Shown here one piece after another: positions 29,091 to 40,954 of a DNA stretch of 64,000 nucleotides. Each line of letters begins with the position of its first letter. Position 1 is the stretch's first letter. The translations under genes were made by a program, and so were the position numbers. Location of the stretch: NCBI GenBank assembly GCA_963804955.1, contig CAWDSQ010000025.1, forward strand, positions 20,497 to 84,496, written 5' to 3'. A model generated the notes under the pieces. The model searched no databases. It saw nothing but the letters and a program-made list of their open reading frames with translations, and was not told the DNA's origin. This DNA is from an uncultured delta proteobacterium. GTDB lineage: Bacteria; Desulfobacterota; WTBG01; CAIYCZ01; CAIRTM01.

Positions 29091-29933
29091 TTACAGCATC
29101 AGCCGCGTCAGCACATCTTCGGTTTTGTAGCCGCGCTCACGGGCAATAATGTCAAGATGCAGGGTCGCGGGATGTTCTACTTCGGGAACAAGCGCATCGG
29201 AAAATTCCCGAAAATCCGCTGTTTTTAAATAGCGCTTGCAGGCGCGGCAGAGCATGACCCGGTATTCGGGCGCAGCATCGGGTTTGAAATATTCAAGTTT
29301 TTCATGCTCGTCGATGCCGCAAAACGGGCACTGCAGCCGCGGAAACTGCCACGAGGCGCCGCAGTCCTGGCAGAAGAGCCGTCGCCGGTTCTCCTGGCCG
29401 AAGATTTCGGCAAAACAGGGGAAACCGCCGCAGACCGGGCAACAGCCCTCATGCCACTGCTCTTCCCCCACCTTCGGGCTCAGCAACCCGGCATACCTTT
29501 CAAGCCAGGGCCGCATGGATTCCTTGATAAGAAACAGCATCAAATCGCGACCGTCACCGAATGGGTCAAGCGCTTTAACAATATCTCCCGGAGGGAGCTT
29601 TTTCAACAGCTCACCTGCCGCATCTGACTGCAGCCGTATGGCCGCTGCCCCGCCTGGATTTCGCCGGGCGACTATATCAAGAAGCGTAGAAAAATAGTTC
29701 GCAAGCACCGCGGCATCATACTGGAAATGCCGCTTTTCAAGCAGCGGGAACCCCTCCTGCAGGCGCTGGGCAATGCCCTGGCCATCCTGATACGGATCGG
29801 CCACGGCCAGGTTCTGAAGCACGGCGTCGCGTGCGATAAACACCTGTTCGAAAAAATCCAGAATATCATTAAACCCGGGCCTGCCCCCCCTGATCTGATC
29901 AATCCGCTTCAGCTTTTCCTGCAAGGTGCTCAT
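29091..29933 (-). CDS. fdhE: Formate dehydrogenase accessory protein FdhE
   Basis: CPVCG, R.L.C..CG..W...R..CPFCG, C..CKRYLK, LHLDI.A...GY. Confidence 0.85.
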   Translation of the reverse strand: MSTLQEKLKRIDQIRGGRPGFNDILDFFEQVFIARDAVLQNLAVADPYQDGQGIAQRLQEGFPLLEKRHFQYDAAVLANYFSTLLDIVARRNPGGAAAIRLQSDAAGELLKKLPPGDIVKALDPFGDGRDLMLFLIKESMRPWLERYAGLLSPKVGEEQWHEGCCPVCGGFPCFAEIFGQENRRRLFCQDCGASWQFPRLQCPFCGIDEHEKLEYFKPDAAPEYRVMLCRACKRYLKTADFREFSDALVPEVEHPATLHLDIIARERGYKTEDVLTRLML

Positions 29934-30118
29934 TATCGCTCTGCCCGCTTCTCTTCATTGTTCATGTTTTTGACTCCGGATTGCACAATCCGCCCCCTCC
30001 GCAATTGCCTACTTCGTGTACCACAGATCCCCTGTCAAATCTACTGTTTCTTTCCCCCTTGACTTCACCGGCAGGTGCATGTATCTATGTAATACCTTAC
30101 TTTTTTAAAAAAACGCTC

Positions 30119-30670
30119 ATGACGACTGCCCATACACACATACCGGCCAGAGAGGAATGCCTGAGTATCATGGAAGCCCATGACATGCTTCCTAATATCA
30201 AAGCCCACAGCATCACTGTCTGCCGCTTTGCTGTTGCCATTGCGCAGGCTGCTAATGATGGAGGCTGCGATTTTCATATTCCCGCCATTGAGGCCGCGGC
30301 CCTTCTTCACGATATCACGAAAACCAGAAGCCTCGAGACCGGTGAAAACCATGCCCGCACCGGCGCCGACCTGCTGCGGGAACTGGGATATGCCGCAGTT
30401 GGAGACATGGTGGCGGAGCATGTCTCCCCGACTGACCATGGAGGTGATCTTACCGCCGGAGAACTTCTCAGCTATGCCGACAAAAGGGTGCTTCATGACC
30501 GCGTCGTGAGCATTGATGAGCGGTTCGACTATCTGTATGAGCGCTACGGCCGGGACGAGCATGCTGTGCAGCGCATCAGCCTGGCCCGCATCCGCACACA
30601 GGAAATTGAAGACAAACTGCGGGCGCGGCTCAACGGCAGCGCGCGGGCCATTATCTGCGATTTCACCTGA
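30119..30670 (+). CDS. HD/HDIG-domain phosphohydrolase
   Basis: HS..V, ALLHDI.K, H...GA, YADKRV. Confidence 0.85.
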   Translation: MTTAHTHIPAREECLSIMEAHDMLPNIKAHSITVCRFAVAIAQAANDGGCDFHIPAIEAAALLHDITKTRSLETGENHARTGADLLRELGYAAVGDMVAEHVSPTDHGGDLTAGELLSYADKRVLHDRVVSIDERFDYLYERYGRDEHAVQRISLARIRTQEIEDKLRARLNGSARAIICDFT

Positions 30671-30681
30671 CAGGAAAAAGC

Positions 30682-31544
30682 ATGCCACATACGATCACCG
30701 CCAGCACAACCCTGTGCGCCGTCATCGGCAACCCTGTCGGGCATTCGCTCTCACCGGACATCCACAATGCCGCCTTCCGGCATCTTGGCCTCGACTGGAT
30801 ATACACGGCCTTCCGCGTTGAAGATCTGGCCAATGCCATTGCGGGCATCAGGGCGCTGGGCATCAGAGGCGTGAGCATCACCATTCCGCATAAAGTGGCG
30901 GCACTGCCCCTGCTTGACAGCCTGGAGGAAACGGCAGCCAAAATCGGCGCCGTAAATACCATCGTCAATACCGGCGGCCGCCTGCACGGCATCAATACCG
31001 ACGGCGCGGGAGCGCTCAGGGCGCTGACCGGGGCGGGCCACAATCCGGCGGGCGCCAGCGTACTCATTTTAGGATCAGGCGGCGCGGCGCGTGCCATCGC
31101 ATTCACCATCGCCGTGCATGCAGCTCCCGGCGCGCCTTGCCATAGCCGGCATCGTGCCCGGCGAGCTTGCGTCCCTCTGCGCAGACATCGCGGCCGCCAC
31201 GCCTGTCTCGCCCGTGCCGGTTGCCATGACCGCAGATACTCTCCGGGAGGCAGTTGCAGGCGCCCGCATCATCATCAACTGCACGCCCCTGGGCATGCAC
31301 CCGCAGGCAGATGCCTCACCCCTGCCTGAAGGGCTGCTCAATAGCCGGCATGTGGTGTTTGATATCGTCTACAATCCGCTCACGACACCGCCTGCTCAAA
31401 GATGCCGGGGCTTGCGGGGCTGCCGTCATCAGCGGCATTGAGATGTTTCTCAATCAGGCCTGCCTGCAATTCGAGCACTGGACAGGCCTGCCCGCACCGG
31501 CAGAGGTGATGCGCGAGGTGCTTGTGAAAAAATTTTCCGCATGA
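30682..31544 (+). CDS. aroE: Shikimate dehydrogenase (two frameshifts)
   Basis: GNPVGHSLSP.IHN, TIPHK, GAVNT, NTD, GSGGAARA, NCTPLGM, DIVYNP across three frames. Confidence 0.9.
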
Positions 31545-31557
31545 GGGGCTCGCCATC

Positions 31558-32822
31558 ATGAACATCGTTCTTACCGGCTATCGCGGCACGGGCAAATCGG
31601 CAGTGGCCCGGCTGCTTGCAAAAAAACTCGGCTGGCAGAGCCTGAGCCTTGACGCCATGATCGCTCAGCAGGAGGGCCGCACGATTCCCCAAATCGTCGA
31701 CGGCCAGCGGCTGGGAGTATTTCCGTGATGTCGAAGCGGCCCTTATTGCAGATGCTCGCGGCCCGCGACAAGGTTATACTGGACACCGGCGGCGGCGCAA
31801 TTCTCCGGCCCCGGAATGTGCAGGCCCTGCGGGAAAACGGCCTTGTGTTCTGGCTTAAGGCCAGCCCTGAAACAATAGCGGCGCGCATCAAAGACAGCGC
31901 CGGAAGGCCAGCCCTCATGCCGGGCAGAACCTTTCTTGAAGAGATCGACGAAGTGCTGCTGGAGCGCACGCCCCTCTATCATGCTGCTGCGGATTTTGAA
32001 ATCGATACCGACGGCAAAGCCCTTGAAAAAATAGCCGACGATATATGCTATTACTTTACCCGCATCGCAGAGCCTGCAGCGCCCGGGCTGGCCGCGCCTG
32101 AACGCAGCCGCTACCTGCGGCAAATGCTGATAGGCGGCTGGGGTCTGCAGGGGCAGCAGCGCCTGCGCTCGGCCACCGTCTTCATCGCAGGCGCAGGCGG
32201 GCTTGGCTGCCCGGCAGCGCTCTACCTTGCCGCCGCAGGCGTGGGCACAATCCGCCTGTGCGACTTCGGGCTTGTGGAGGCTTCAAACCTCAACAGGCAG
32301 ATACTCTATACCGAAGAGGATATCGGCAAAGAAAAAGTGCTGCGTGCTGCCGGGGCTCTCCGGCGGGTAAACCCCCATGTAATCGTTGAGCCGCTGTTTG
32401 AAAAAATCGACGACGCCTCCATCGAGCGCCTTGCAGGAAGCGCGGACATCATGCTGGACTGCCTGGACAATTTCGAAACCCGCCATGTGCTGAACCGCTT
32501 TGCCGTGCGCGCAGGCATACCACTGGTACATGCCGGCATCGAGGGCCTTGCGGGTCAACTGTCTTTTATTCATCCGCCGCACACGCCCTGCCTGTTCTGC
32601 ATGTTCCCGGGATCGCCGCCCGCGGGGCGCATATTTCCGGTTGCCGGGGTTACGCCCGGAATCATCGGCACTGCGCAGGCCGCAGAGGCGCTCAAGTGGC
32701 TTACCGGCGTCGGCAGCACCCTGCAGGGGCAGCTGCTTGTCTGGGACGGCACGATCATGGAATTCCAGAAAATCCCTGTCGCCAGAAATGGAAACTGTCC
32801 GGTCTGCTCGCGCGCGGCCTGA
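31558..32822 (+). CDS. Shikimate kinase fused to a ThiF/MoeB/HesA adenylyltransferase (frameshifts near 31705-31745)
   Basis: MNIVLTGYRGTGKS, WEYFRDVE, TGGG, RP, R.PLY...AD, then in frame RYLRQ, GAGGLG, SNLNRQ, DNFETR, CLFC and CPVC. Confidence 0.85.
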
Positions 32823-33072
32823 AAAAACAGGGGCGTTTCAAAAGATAATTTCCAGAAAAAACAAATAACTCCTTGAGGGCTCTTTGTTCTCGAATTTTGA
32901 CTGCTGAAATCTGGCGTCGTTTTCAAAATAGATATTATCTGAAAGATCAGTTGTATTCTCTGCTTGAATCGCTCCCGAACCCTTTTTTCCGTCAGTCTCA
33001 GTGGTTTATCTCTAAAAACAAGGGCCCTCGTTTTATTGCCACCCTTCGCTCCGCAAACCGACGTGTGAGCAG

Positions 33073-33414
33073 TTAAGCCTCCAGCATTTCTATCGCGGCT
33101 TGTTTCACTTGATCAATATCGGCCTGCACAGTATCCCAGAGCACATCCACGTCTACGCCGAAGTATTCATGAATGATCTTATTTCGCATGCCGGCGATTT
33201 CCCGCCAGGGGATGTCGGGGTATGTATCTTTTTGCGCCTTCGGTATTTTTTTTACTGCTTCACCGATCACTTCAAGGCACCGCACAACAGCATACACTGT
33301 CTTTTTATCGGATTGAAACTGTTCGAACGTTATGCCCTGAGTAAACTGCATGATATCGTCAATGGCATCAACAATATCATGCAGATAATCCCTTACGTCG
33401 TGTTTATTAGACAT
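33073..33414 (-). CDS. HEPN/DUF86 (HepT-like) toxin
   Basis: EVIGEAVK, IPW..IAGMRNKIIHEYFGVD (RX4H motif). Confidence 0.92.
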   Translation of the reverse strand: MSNKHDVRDYLHDIVDAIDDIMQFTQGITFEQFQSDKKTVYAVVRCLEVIGEAVKKIPKAQKDTYPDIPWREIAGMRNKIIHEYFGVDVDVLWDTVQADIDQVKQAAIEMLEA

Positions 33415-33701
33415 AGCGGACTTCTTCCAGAATATGTCTGCCGAAAAAAGGCTTTAATGCTTTTTTCGAGACCAAATCAACCTTCGCTCCAAGAAGTTGC
33501 TTTAAATGCTGCTCAAGGCGCATAAACCTTACAAAACCGGCAGGCCGTTTGATTTCAACCAATATATCAATGTCACTCCCCGGCTTTTGCTCACCGCGAA
33601 TGCATGAACCGAAGATGCCGATTTCGAGAACGCCGTAAGTTTCAGCAAGTTCTTTTCTGTTTGTTTGCAGGATTTTTATGAATTTCCTGAAAGGTTTTCA
33701 T
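33407..33701 (-). CDS. MNT (minimal nucleotidyltransferase) antitoxin, frameshifted
   Basis: Manual translation ...IGIFGSCIRGEQKPGSDIDILVE...; overlaps the HEPN start. Confidence 0.8.
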
Positions 33702-33934
33702 TGCAGCCACCAATTTGATTTTTTATAGGAACTTGCTTTGAGATGGGCAGACTATAAAATGAGGGCGATTGTGTGTCAATACGAAGTTTGCCGCAAGATA
33801 TGGGCAGGGCTGTCCGGGCAAAAAATAAACGGCGTGATTAAATACCGGGCATTTGCCTGTTGCGAATTCCTGAAAATATGCTATTTTTTTCTGCCTGTCG
33901 CGAACCTCGGACAACAGATGGAAAGGAACCGGCC

Positions 33935-35215
33935 ATGACCTATGATGTAGCAGTGATCGGCGCGGGACCCGCGGGCCTTATGGCTGCGCTGCGGTCCGCG
34001 CAGCTTGGATTGAAAGTTCTGCTGCTTGAAAAGTTTGATGATATTTCCCGCATCAGGCGCGCCTGCTGCCAGCAGTTTGTCATGGATGAAAACTATGAAA
34101 GCGAAAATATCCGCGTAGAGTCAGGCCGCATTGTTTTCCCTGCCAACGGCTTTGAGGTTGCCTACGGCGGCCCGACCCATTCGATTACTGACACGTATTT
34201 CACCTCCCCCGGCGGGCATGCCGTACACTTCTCCTATCCCGACAAAAGGCCCATAGCCATCAAGTTCGACAAGGGGCTGCTGCTCCAGGGGCTGCTTGAA
34301 AAATGCCTGAAGGCAGGGGTCGAGTACCAGCCGGAAACGCTTGTCACCAATGCCGTTGACCGCGGGGACCATGTTGAGCTATCCCTGTCGCGGCACCGAA
34401 TAAAAAAAACCATAACGGCAAAAAAAATCATCGCCGCCGACGGCGTCAACTCCCGCACAGTGCAGAGCCTCGGGATGAATGAGGGCAGGCCCTGCTTTGC
34501 AACAGCGCTGTGCATCATCTACTCGCTTGAAAATGTCCGCGATTTCGAGCCTACAGCCATGAGGTGGCATATGGGCCGCGCCTACCATTCCTTCGGCCCG
34601 GTCATTCTCGACCCCTCGCTGCGAGGAGACGCCATTGCCGACCTTGTGGTCATGGGCAGCGCGCAGCTCCGGCCCGAGCAGATTTTTAAAGATTTCACCA
34701 CCCGCGGCCCCTGCGCCCGCATGTATGAACAGTCACGGGTTGTGGGCAAGACCGGCTGCACGGTCAAGGCCTATCCCTCCCTCATGACGCCCCATAAGGG
34801 CAACTGCCTTGCCATCGGCGATGCCGCAGCCTATGTTGAGGTTGAGGTGCAGGGCGGTCTCATGTGCGGCTATCATGCAGCAGCTGCCGTTGCCGACGAG
34901 CTTGAGGGCCGCGGAGGTTTTGACCGCTACACGCAGTGGTGGCAGAAGTCTTTTGAGTTCAACAGCGAGCAGGCCCTGCGGGTAGCGCAGGGCTATGCCC
35001 TGGTGCCCGCCTATGAGGACGACGAAATCGATTATCTGTTCGGCCTTGTGGAGGGCCGCGTGCTCGACGGCGCCTATGGACAGTACAAGGCCCCGCGGCT
35101 TATGTGGGACGCCATATTTGAACACAGAGACCGCATCGCCCGTGAGCGGCCTGACCTGCATGAAAAAATAAAAAACATTTCTCAGATGACGCTTGCGGAC
35201 GCATTCAAAGGCTAA
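33935..35215 (+). CDS. FAD-dependent oxidoreductase, geranylgeranyl-reductase-like
   Basis: YDVAVIGAGPAG, IAADGVNS, IGDAA motifs. Confidence 0.85.
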   Translation: MTYDVAVIGAGPAGLMAALRSAQLGLKVLLLEKFDDISRIRRACCQQFVMDENYESENIRVESGRIVFPANGFEVAYGGPTHSITDTYFTSPGGHAVHFSYPDKRPIAIKFDKGLLLQGLLEKCLKAGVEYQPETLVTNAVDRGDHVELSLSRHRIKKTITAKKIIAADGVNSRTVQSLGMNEGRPCFATALCIIYSLENVRDFEPTAMRWHMGRAYHSFGPVILDPSLRGDAIADLVVMGSAQLRPEQIFKDFTTRGPCARMYEQSRVVGKTGCTVKAYPSLMTPHKGNCLAIGDAAAYVEVEVQGGLMCGYHAAAAVADELEGRGGFDRYTQWWQKSFEFNSEQALRVAQGYALVPAYEDDEIDYLFGLVEGRVLDGAYGQYKAPRLMWDAIFEHRDRIARERPDLHEKIKNISQMTLADAFKG

Positions 35216-35238
35216 GTCCATTCATAATGGAAACAAAA

Positions 35239-35363
35239 CAGGAAGCCTGAATCCAGCAGTCAGCATTCAGAAGCGGAGGAATAAGGGCTTCCAAACAAGC
35301 AGATTTTAAAATAGTTTTGTTTTGATTTTCATTCTGAATTCTGGCTTCTGGCTACTGGCTTCC
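35239..35363. repeat. Heptamer inverted-array element, copy B
   Basis: CAGxAxx units, core CAGATTTTAAAATA...TTTTCAT, then TTCTGAATTCTGGCTTCTGGCTACTGG; resembles 13847-13977. Confidence 0.65.
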
Positions 35364-35390
35364 CGAAATTAACAAAAGAAAGGATTTTCC

Positions 35391-36401
35391 ATGAAACTCG
35401 ATGTATATGCTTTCGGCAGTGCGCTGGTGGATGTGCAGCTGTCGGTTCCGACAAAGTACTTGAGAACATCGGTGCGGTAAAAGGCAATATGGCCCTCACC
35501 GAGCGCGTCGCAGCAGGAGGCTGTGCTCAGGCGACTGATGGGCGCTGACCTCTCCTGCCTTGACAGCCTTGCAGGCAAAGCCAATATGGCAGCCGGCGGC
35601 AGCGCGGCAAATACGGTTTTCGGCGTGGCGCAGCTTGGCGGCTCGGCAGGCCTCTGCGGCAAGGTGGCAGGTGATGCTTTCGGCGATTTTTACATTAAAA
35701 ACATGCAGCAAAGCGGCGTCGCCTTCACCGGGCGCAGGGTCGCGGGCATGACCGGCACCTGCATTATTCTTATTTCCGATGATGCCCAGCGCACCATGCT
35801 CACCTGTCTGGGCGTATCAAGTGAAATCGACTATGACGACATTGATGAAGCGCAGCTGAAAAACAGCCGGTACCTGTATCTGGAAGGCTATCTTTTCGAC
35901 AGCGCGCTGGCCACCCAGACCATGCTGCATGCCATCGCTACGGCAAAAAAGCATGGCGTAAAAATCGCTTTCACGGCTTCGGATGCCTTCTGCATCGCCC
36001 GTCACAAAGACACCTTCCTGAAGCTGCTGCCGCAGATTGATCTGCTGTTCTGCAATGCCCAGGAGGCATGCGCCCTGAGCGATACGGGCACAAATGATGA
36101 GGCGCTCAAAGCGCTTTCCGCCATGTGCCCGGCAATTGCGCTCACCGACGGCGGCAGCGGCTCGCTGCTCTGCTTTAGCGGAGAAACACTGCCGGTGAAG
36201 CCCTGCACCGTATCACCCGTTGACACGACCGGCGCCGGCGACTCCTATGCCGCAGGCCTTCTGTACGGCCTCACCAACGGCCGTTCGCTTGCAGCAAGCG
36301 GCGCCATTGCAAGCCTGTTTTCCTCGCGGGTGGTAGCGCAGCTTGGGCCCCGGTTCGCGGGCGACATCCGCAGCGAGATTGCCGCACTGGAGAGACAGTA
36401 A
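35391..36401 (+). CDS. PfkB family carbohydrate/adenosine kinase (5' frameshift)
   Basis: G.ALVD, GGSAANT, RTMLT.LG, DTTGAGDSYAAG. Confidence 0.88.
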
Positions 36402-36485
36402 AACAAAAAAGGGGGCGCGACGCAGCATGCCCCCTGCTTAGTATCCTAACCCCCGATTCCTGCTGTTCGTTTCTGATGCCTGCAT

Positions 36486-36532
36486 AAAAAAAGGCGCGGG
36501 CAAGACAGTTTCCCATGTCTTGCCCGCGCCTT
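36486..36532 (-). terminator. Terminator after nusB
   Basis: GGCGCGGGCAAGACA...TGTCTTGCCCGCGCC stem with T tract on the minus strand. Confidence 0.75.
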
Positions 36533-36556
36533 CAAAATACTGTAGTACGAAAAACG

Positions 36557-36979
36557 CTACCGGTTTTTTTTCTCAAGCTCGGGATGCTTTGCAAGCACAT
36601 TATCAAGCACGCCGTTGATGAAGGCGCCTGACTTTTCCGTGCCGAATTTCTTGCCCAGCTCTATGGCTTCGTTGAGGGTCACTTTGTAGGGAATATCAGT
36701 GCAGTGGATAATCTCAAAGACCGCCACGCGCAAAATGCAGCGGTCAACCGGTGTAATGCGGGAGAGCGACCAGTTTGTTGCGGTCTTGCCGATCAGCCCG
36801 TCAATCTCTTTGCGGTGCTCGCAGGTGCCCCTGACAAGCATTTCGGCAAAAGCGCGAAATTCATCCGGCGGGTTGAAATTATTCATATACAACGTCAGCG
36901 CCTCATCAGGTTTATACCCGGTCATTTCAACCAGGTAGAGCATCTGAACGGCCAGTTCGCGCGATTTTCTTCGTGACAA
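36557..36979 (-). CDS. nusB: Transcription antitermination factor NusB
   Basis: RRKSRE.A.Q.LY, DR.ILR.A..E, NEAIELGKKFG...SGAFINGVLD. Confidence 0.95.
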   Translation of the reverse strand: MSRRKSRELAVQMLYLVEMTGYKPDEALTLYMNNFNPPDEFRAFAEMLVRGTCEHRKEIDGLIGKTATNWSLSRITPVDRCILRVAVFEIIHCTDIPYKVTLNEAIELGKKFGTEKSGAFINGVLDNVLAKHPELEKKNR

Positions 36980-37073
36980 AGCAGTCACCCTTTCCGGATG
37001 TAAAAGAACAATGTAAAATGATGCTCCCCGCTCACAAAGCGGGGCTTTCAAGGCAGCATACCGGTAAAACCGG

Positions 37074-37538
37074 CTAGAAAGCCTTGAGCAAACTCACCAT
37101 TTCGATAGCCGATACGGCAGCGTCCCAGCCCTTATTGCCCGACTTGCTGCCGGCGCGCTCGATGGCCTGCTCGATATTGTCGGTCGTCAGAACGCCGAAT
37201 GTAATGGGTATCTCGGTCTCCAGCCCCACGGTTGCTATGCCTTTTGATACCTCTGCCGCCACATAGTCGAAATGGGGCGTTGCACCGCGGATAACGGCGC
37301 CAAGGCAGATCACGGCATCATACTTTCCCGATTTGGCCGCTTTTTTGGCAATCAGCGGTATTTCGAATGCTCCGGGAACTTTAATGATTTCGATATTTTT
37401 TTCATCGCCGCCGTGCCGGACTATGGCGTCTATGGCGCCTTCCTGCAAACGGCCGACGACAAAATCATTGAAACGGCTCACAATAAGAGCAAACCGCAGG
37501 CCGGCAGCGGAAAGCTTTCCTTCGAGAATCTTGGCCAT
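37074..37538 (-). CDS. ribH: 6,7-dimethyl-8-ribityllumazine synthase
   Basis: [28 protein letters not shown]. Confidence 0.97.
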   Translation of the reverse strand: MAKILEGKLSAAGLRFALIVSRFNDFVVGRLQEGAIDAIVRHGGDEKNIEIIKVPGAFEIPLIAKKAAKSGKYDAVICLGAVIRGATPHFDYVAAEVSKGIATVGLETEIPITFGVLTTDNIEQAIERAGSKSGNKGWDAAVSAIEMVSLLKAF

Positions 37539-37562
37539 GGCAATCCCTTTCTTGTCTGGGGG

Positions 37563-38789
37563 TTATTCAGGCTTTTTATCGGTCATTTTGAGCATATGCC
37601 CGAACCGCTCTTTCTTGGTTGAAAGGTAGCGAAGGTTCTGCGGCTTCGGGGGCACTTCAATGGAAACGCGCTCCACGATTTCAAGGCCATAGGCTTCAAG
37701 GCCGATAATTTTTTTCGGATTATTGGTCAAAAGCTTTATTTTTGCAATGCCCAAATCCCGCAGAATCTGCGCCCCGATGCCGTAATCGCGCAAATCAGCG
37801 GCAAAACCGAGATCTTCATTTGCTTCAACCGTATCGCGGCCTTTATCCTGCAGGGCATAGGCGCGCATCTTATTGAGAAAGCCGATGCCCCTGCCCTCCT
37901 GCCGCATATAGACAATGACGCCCTTGCCGACCTTCTGGATCATGCGCATGGCATTCTCGAGCTGCTCGCCGCAGTCGCAGCGCGCCGACCCCAGCGCATC
38001 GCCGGTCAGGCATTCCGAATGGGCCCGCACAAGCACAGCATCCTCAGGCTCCCAATCACCCTTGACCAGGGCGATATGGTGATGAATGTCCATTACGTTT
38101 TCGTAAATGATCATCTTGAAATCGCCGCCGAAGCGGGTCGGCAGATTGGTTTCGACAACGCGGCGCACCAGCGACTCCTTGGAAAGGCGGTATTTAATGA
38201 GATCGGCAACCGTGACGATATGAATATTGTGCTCGGCTGCGAACTTTTCAAGCTCCGGCATGCGCGACATGGTGCCGTCTTCATTCATGATCTCGCAGAT
38301 CACGCCCGCGGGCTTCAGCCCCGCCAGGCGGCACAGGTCGACAGAGCCTTCCGTCTGCCCGGCGCGCCGCAGCACGCCGCCCTTCATGGCCTGCAGCGGA
38401 AAAATATGGCCCGGGCGGCACAGGTCGTCGGGCTGCGCTTCATCATCGACGCATACCTGTATGGTATTGGCGCGGTCGGATGCCGATATGCCGGTTGTTG
38501 CACCCTTGCGCGCGTCAACCGATACGGTAAAGGCCGTCTGAAACTGCGCGGTATTGTCAGTGACCATCAGCGGCAGATTGAGCTGCTTGCAGCGCTCTTC
38601 AGTCAGCGATACGCAGATCAGGCCGCGGCCGTACTTGGCCATGAAATTAATGGTCTCCGGGGTTGCCATCTCGGCAGCCATGGTCAGATCGCCTTCGTTT
38701 TCCCGGTTCTCATCGTCGGTCAGGATGACCATTCTGCCGTTTTTGATCTCTTCGATAGCCTTTTTTACTCGTTCAATTTGCACCGACAT
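37563..38789 (-). CDS. ribBA: Bifunctional DHBP synthase / GTP cyclohydrolase II
   Basis: [40 protein letters not shown]. Confidence 0.97.
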   Translation of the reverse strand: MSVQIERVKKAIEEIKNGRMVILTDDENRENEGDLTMAAEMATPETINFMAKYGRGLICVSLTEERCKQLNLPLMVTDNTAQFQTAFTVSVDARKGATTGISASDRANTIQVCVDDEAQPDDLCRPGHIFPLQAMKGGVLRRAGQTEGSVDLCRLAGLKPAGVICEIMNEDGTMSRMPELEKFAAEHNIHIVTVADLIKYRLSKESLVRRVVETNLPTRFGGDFKMIIYENVMDIHHHIALVKGDWEPEDAVLVRAHSECLTGDALGSARCDCGEQLENAMRMIQKVGKGVIVYMRQEGRGIGFLNKMRAYALQDKGRDTVEANEDLGFAADLRDYGIGAQILRDLGIAKIKLLTNNPKKIIGLEAYGLEIVERVSIEVPPKPQNLRYLSTKKERFGHMLKMTDKKPE

Positions 38790-38799
38790 CTTGTGTCCT

Positions 38800-39440
38800 T
38801 CAGGTAAAATTATGTTTTGCCAGAAAATCCAGCGTTATGCCGCCATCGGCATCGCGCTTTCCCATAAGTTTTTCAACGTATTTTCCGATCAGGTCATTTT
38901 CGATATTCACCTGATCGCCCGGGCCCTTGCCGGCAAGCGTTGTTTTTTCAAGCGTATGCGGAATGATCATGACGCTGAAGTCGCGGCCGGTGACCGTATT
39001 GACCGTCAGGCTGATGCCGTCAATGGCAACGGAACCCTTTTCGATAATATATTTAAGCAGCTGTTCAGGCGCGCTGAACACCAGCCGGATGAATTCTCCC
39101 GATTTCTCCCGCGCGCTGAGCACGGCGAGGCCGTCAATATGGCCCGACACCAAATGCCCGCCGAGCCGGTCGCACAGCCGCAGCGCCCGCTCCAGATTCA
39201 CCCGGTCGCCTGCGCGTCTCTTGCCGAGCGTCGTGCGCTGCAGGGTTTCGGAAGATACATCAACGCTGAAACCCTGCGGCTGAATACTGGTTACCGTGAG
39301 GCAGGCCCCGTCAACGGCTATGCTGTCGCCGAGCTTTATCTCCGCCATGGGCAGGCGCACACGATAAAAAGCTCCATGCCGCTGCGCCGGGGAGCAATTC
39401 TTTGTATATTTCCAATATCTTCGACAAGACCGGTAAACAC
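38800..39440 (-). CDS. ribE: Riboflavin synthase (5' frameshift)
   Basis: GTG start giving (M)[43 protein letters not shown]. Confidence 0.92.
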
Positions 39441-39546
39441 GTTTTTGCGGCTTTTCTCTGCTGGTATAAAAAAGATTTAAGGGTGTAAAGTATAGGCCCA
39501 AAGCACGGCAGGTGTCAATACATAAATCAATAAAAGACCTTCACTT

Positions 39547-39960
39547 TTACGGAAAACTGCCTAGGAGATACTTGTAGCGACTGGGGACTTTAAAACACTT
39601 CGCATAATCCCTAAGTATTTCCTGATCCTGTGTGCTTTTGTAGTGGTCGTCATTTGCGATGAGAATAACGGAATCTTTCTCTGTAAACCTAAAGAGCTGT
39701 AATATTTTGTCCCTGTTTTTAATGATCCCCGGAGTACCTAATAACATATATCTTTTGTCCTGGCAGGTTATCCGGCCCCGATCACAGCCATAGGAAGCCT
39801 GCAGCACCGTATGAATATCCGGGGTACAAAAGACCTTGGATGCCTCATTGGTCCAGAATGCATGATGGCCGTCATATGAAGGGGTCGTATCAGGGCTGTG
39901 AAGTTCTCCAAGCAAACATCTTTTATAGAAATAGAAGTATCCGATCTTCTTCTGATCCAT
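39547..39960 (-). CDS. Hypothetical protein in low-GC DNA
   Basis: 137-aa ORF with GAGGA RBS; no recognised motif. Confidence 0.5.
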   Translation of the reverse strand: MDQKKIGYFYFYKRCLLGELHSPDTTPSYDGHHAFWTNEASKVFCTPDIHTVLQASYGCDRGRITCQDKRYMLLGTPGIIKNRDKILQLFRFTEKDSVILIANDDHYKSTQDQEILRDYAKCFKVPSRYKYLLGSFP

Positions 39961-40442
39961 ATCTATGCCGTCCTCAAAAATTTTATGGTTTCCAGAGTGT
40001 AAGTAAAAAAGGGGAATTAAAAAAAATTAATTGTATTGATTCCCCAGCAAGGCCAAAATTGGTATACCTGCATTGGGAGCCTGTAAATTTTTTATGCACA
40101 AAATACGCCATTATTTTTATATAAGGAGTAATAATAAAAAGATATGTTATATCAGCTGGATACATAGATAAAAACAGGGGGCTTTATTAGAAACACAGAT
40201 CTTGAAACAGACTAAAATACTTCAATCTGGCAGTGTCAAATAATATTATATAGTTTTATTAGACAGATACATTTGTAATACCATTTTGGTAGCGTGATTA
40301 ATTGTATACTGACGGCTATTGCTTGTTCTCAATGAAGTCATACGCTTCAGCCGACTTTAAACGCTATTGATCACAACATCTCGTGCAAGCGCCTGTCTGC
40401 CAAAAATTCCACAGTACGGTTCAAGATTACCGACCCTAACAG

Positions 40443-40597
40443 GCTCTCAAAAATAAAGGTTTTTCAATTAATGCGTACACGGACTATGAAAACGCCATGC
40501 GATGGCTGCTTTCAGAGGAAGACCAACCAGACAACAATGATAAAACCAACAAGGTGGATGCAGGCGATGACAAATAGCTGCGCCTGATCCTGCAGCC
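40443..40597 (+). pseudogene. 3' gene fragment followed by an attC-like remnant
   Basis: ALKNKGFSINAYTDYENAMRWLL...; AACCAAC then GGATGCAGGCG / CGCCTGATCC imperfect stem. Confidence 0.4.
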
Positions 40598-40954
40598 TCA
40601 CTATCTTGTGCCCGCCCCTGCTCGCCCAAAAAATTTACCGTACGGCTTAATGTGGACTGTGGACCATTACGTCAATACTCCACATTATCAGATGAAATCT
40701 TTGTTCTCTCAGATCTAGCCAACCCTGAATGCTAGGGGTTAAGGATTAAGTACGCATTACTACAATTTATTAATTAGTGCGCGATGCGCATCCTGCTGAC
40801 CTCCATCATTAAACTTGACTCTGATGGCCTTTTTTGACAAAACTGACACCGCAGGGTTTGCTGTCATGCGGCATGTCCATGCAACCCCCCAGCCGGCCGG
40901 TGGGTTTAAAAGAAGAAGCGGCGCTCAAAGAAAAAAAGAGACGGGGGTCAGACA

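Noticed and set aside
32895..33000. IS element next to the HEPN/MNT pair
   Set aside because: Only a short TIR-like end (TTTTTTCCGTCAGTCTC) and no transposase; too weak to call.
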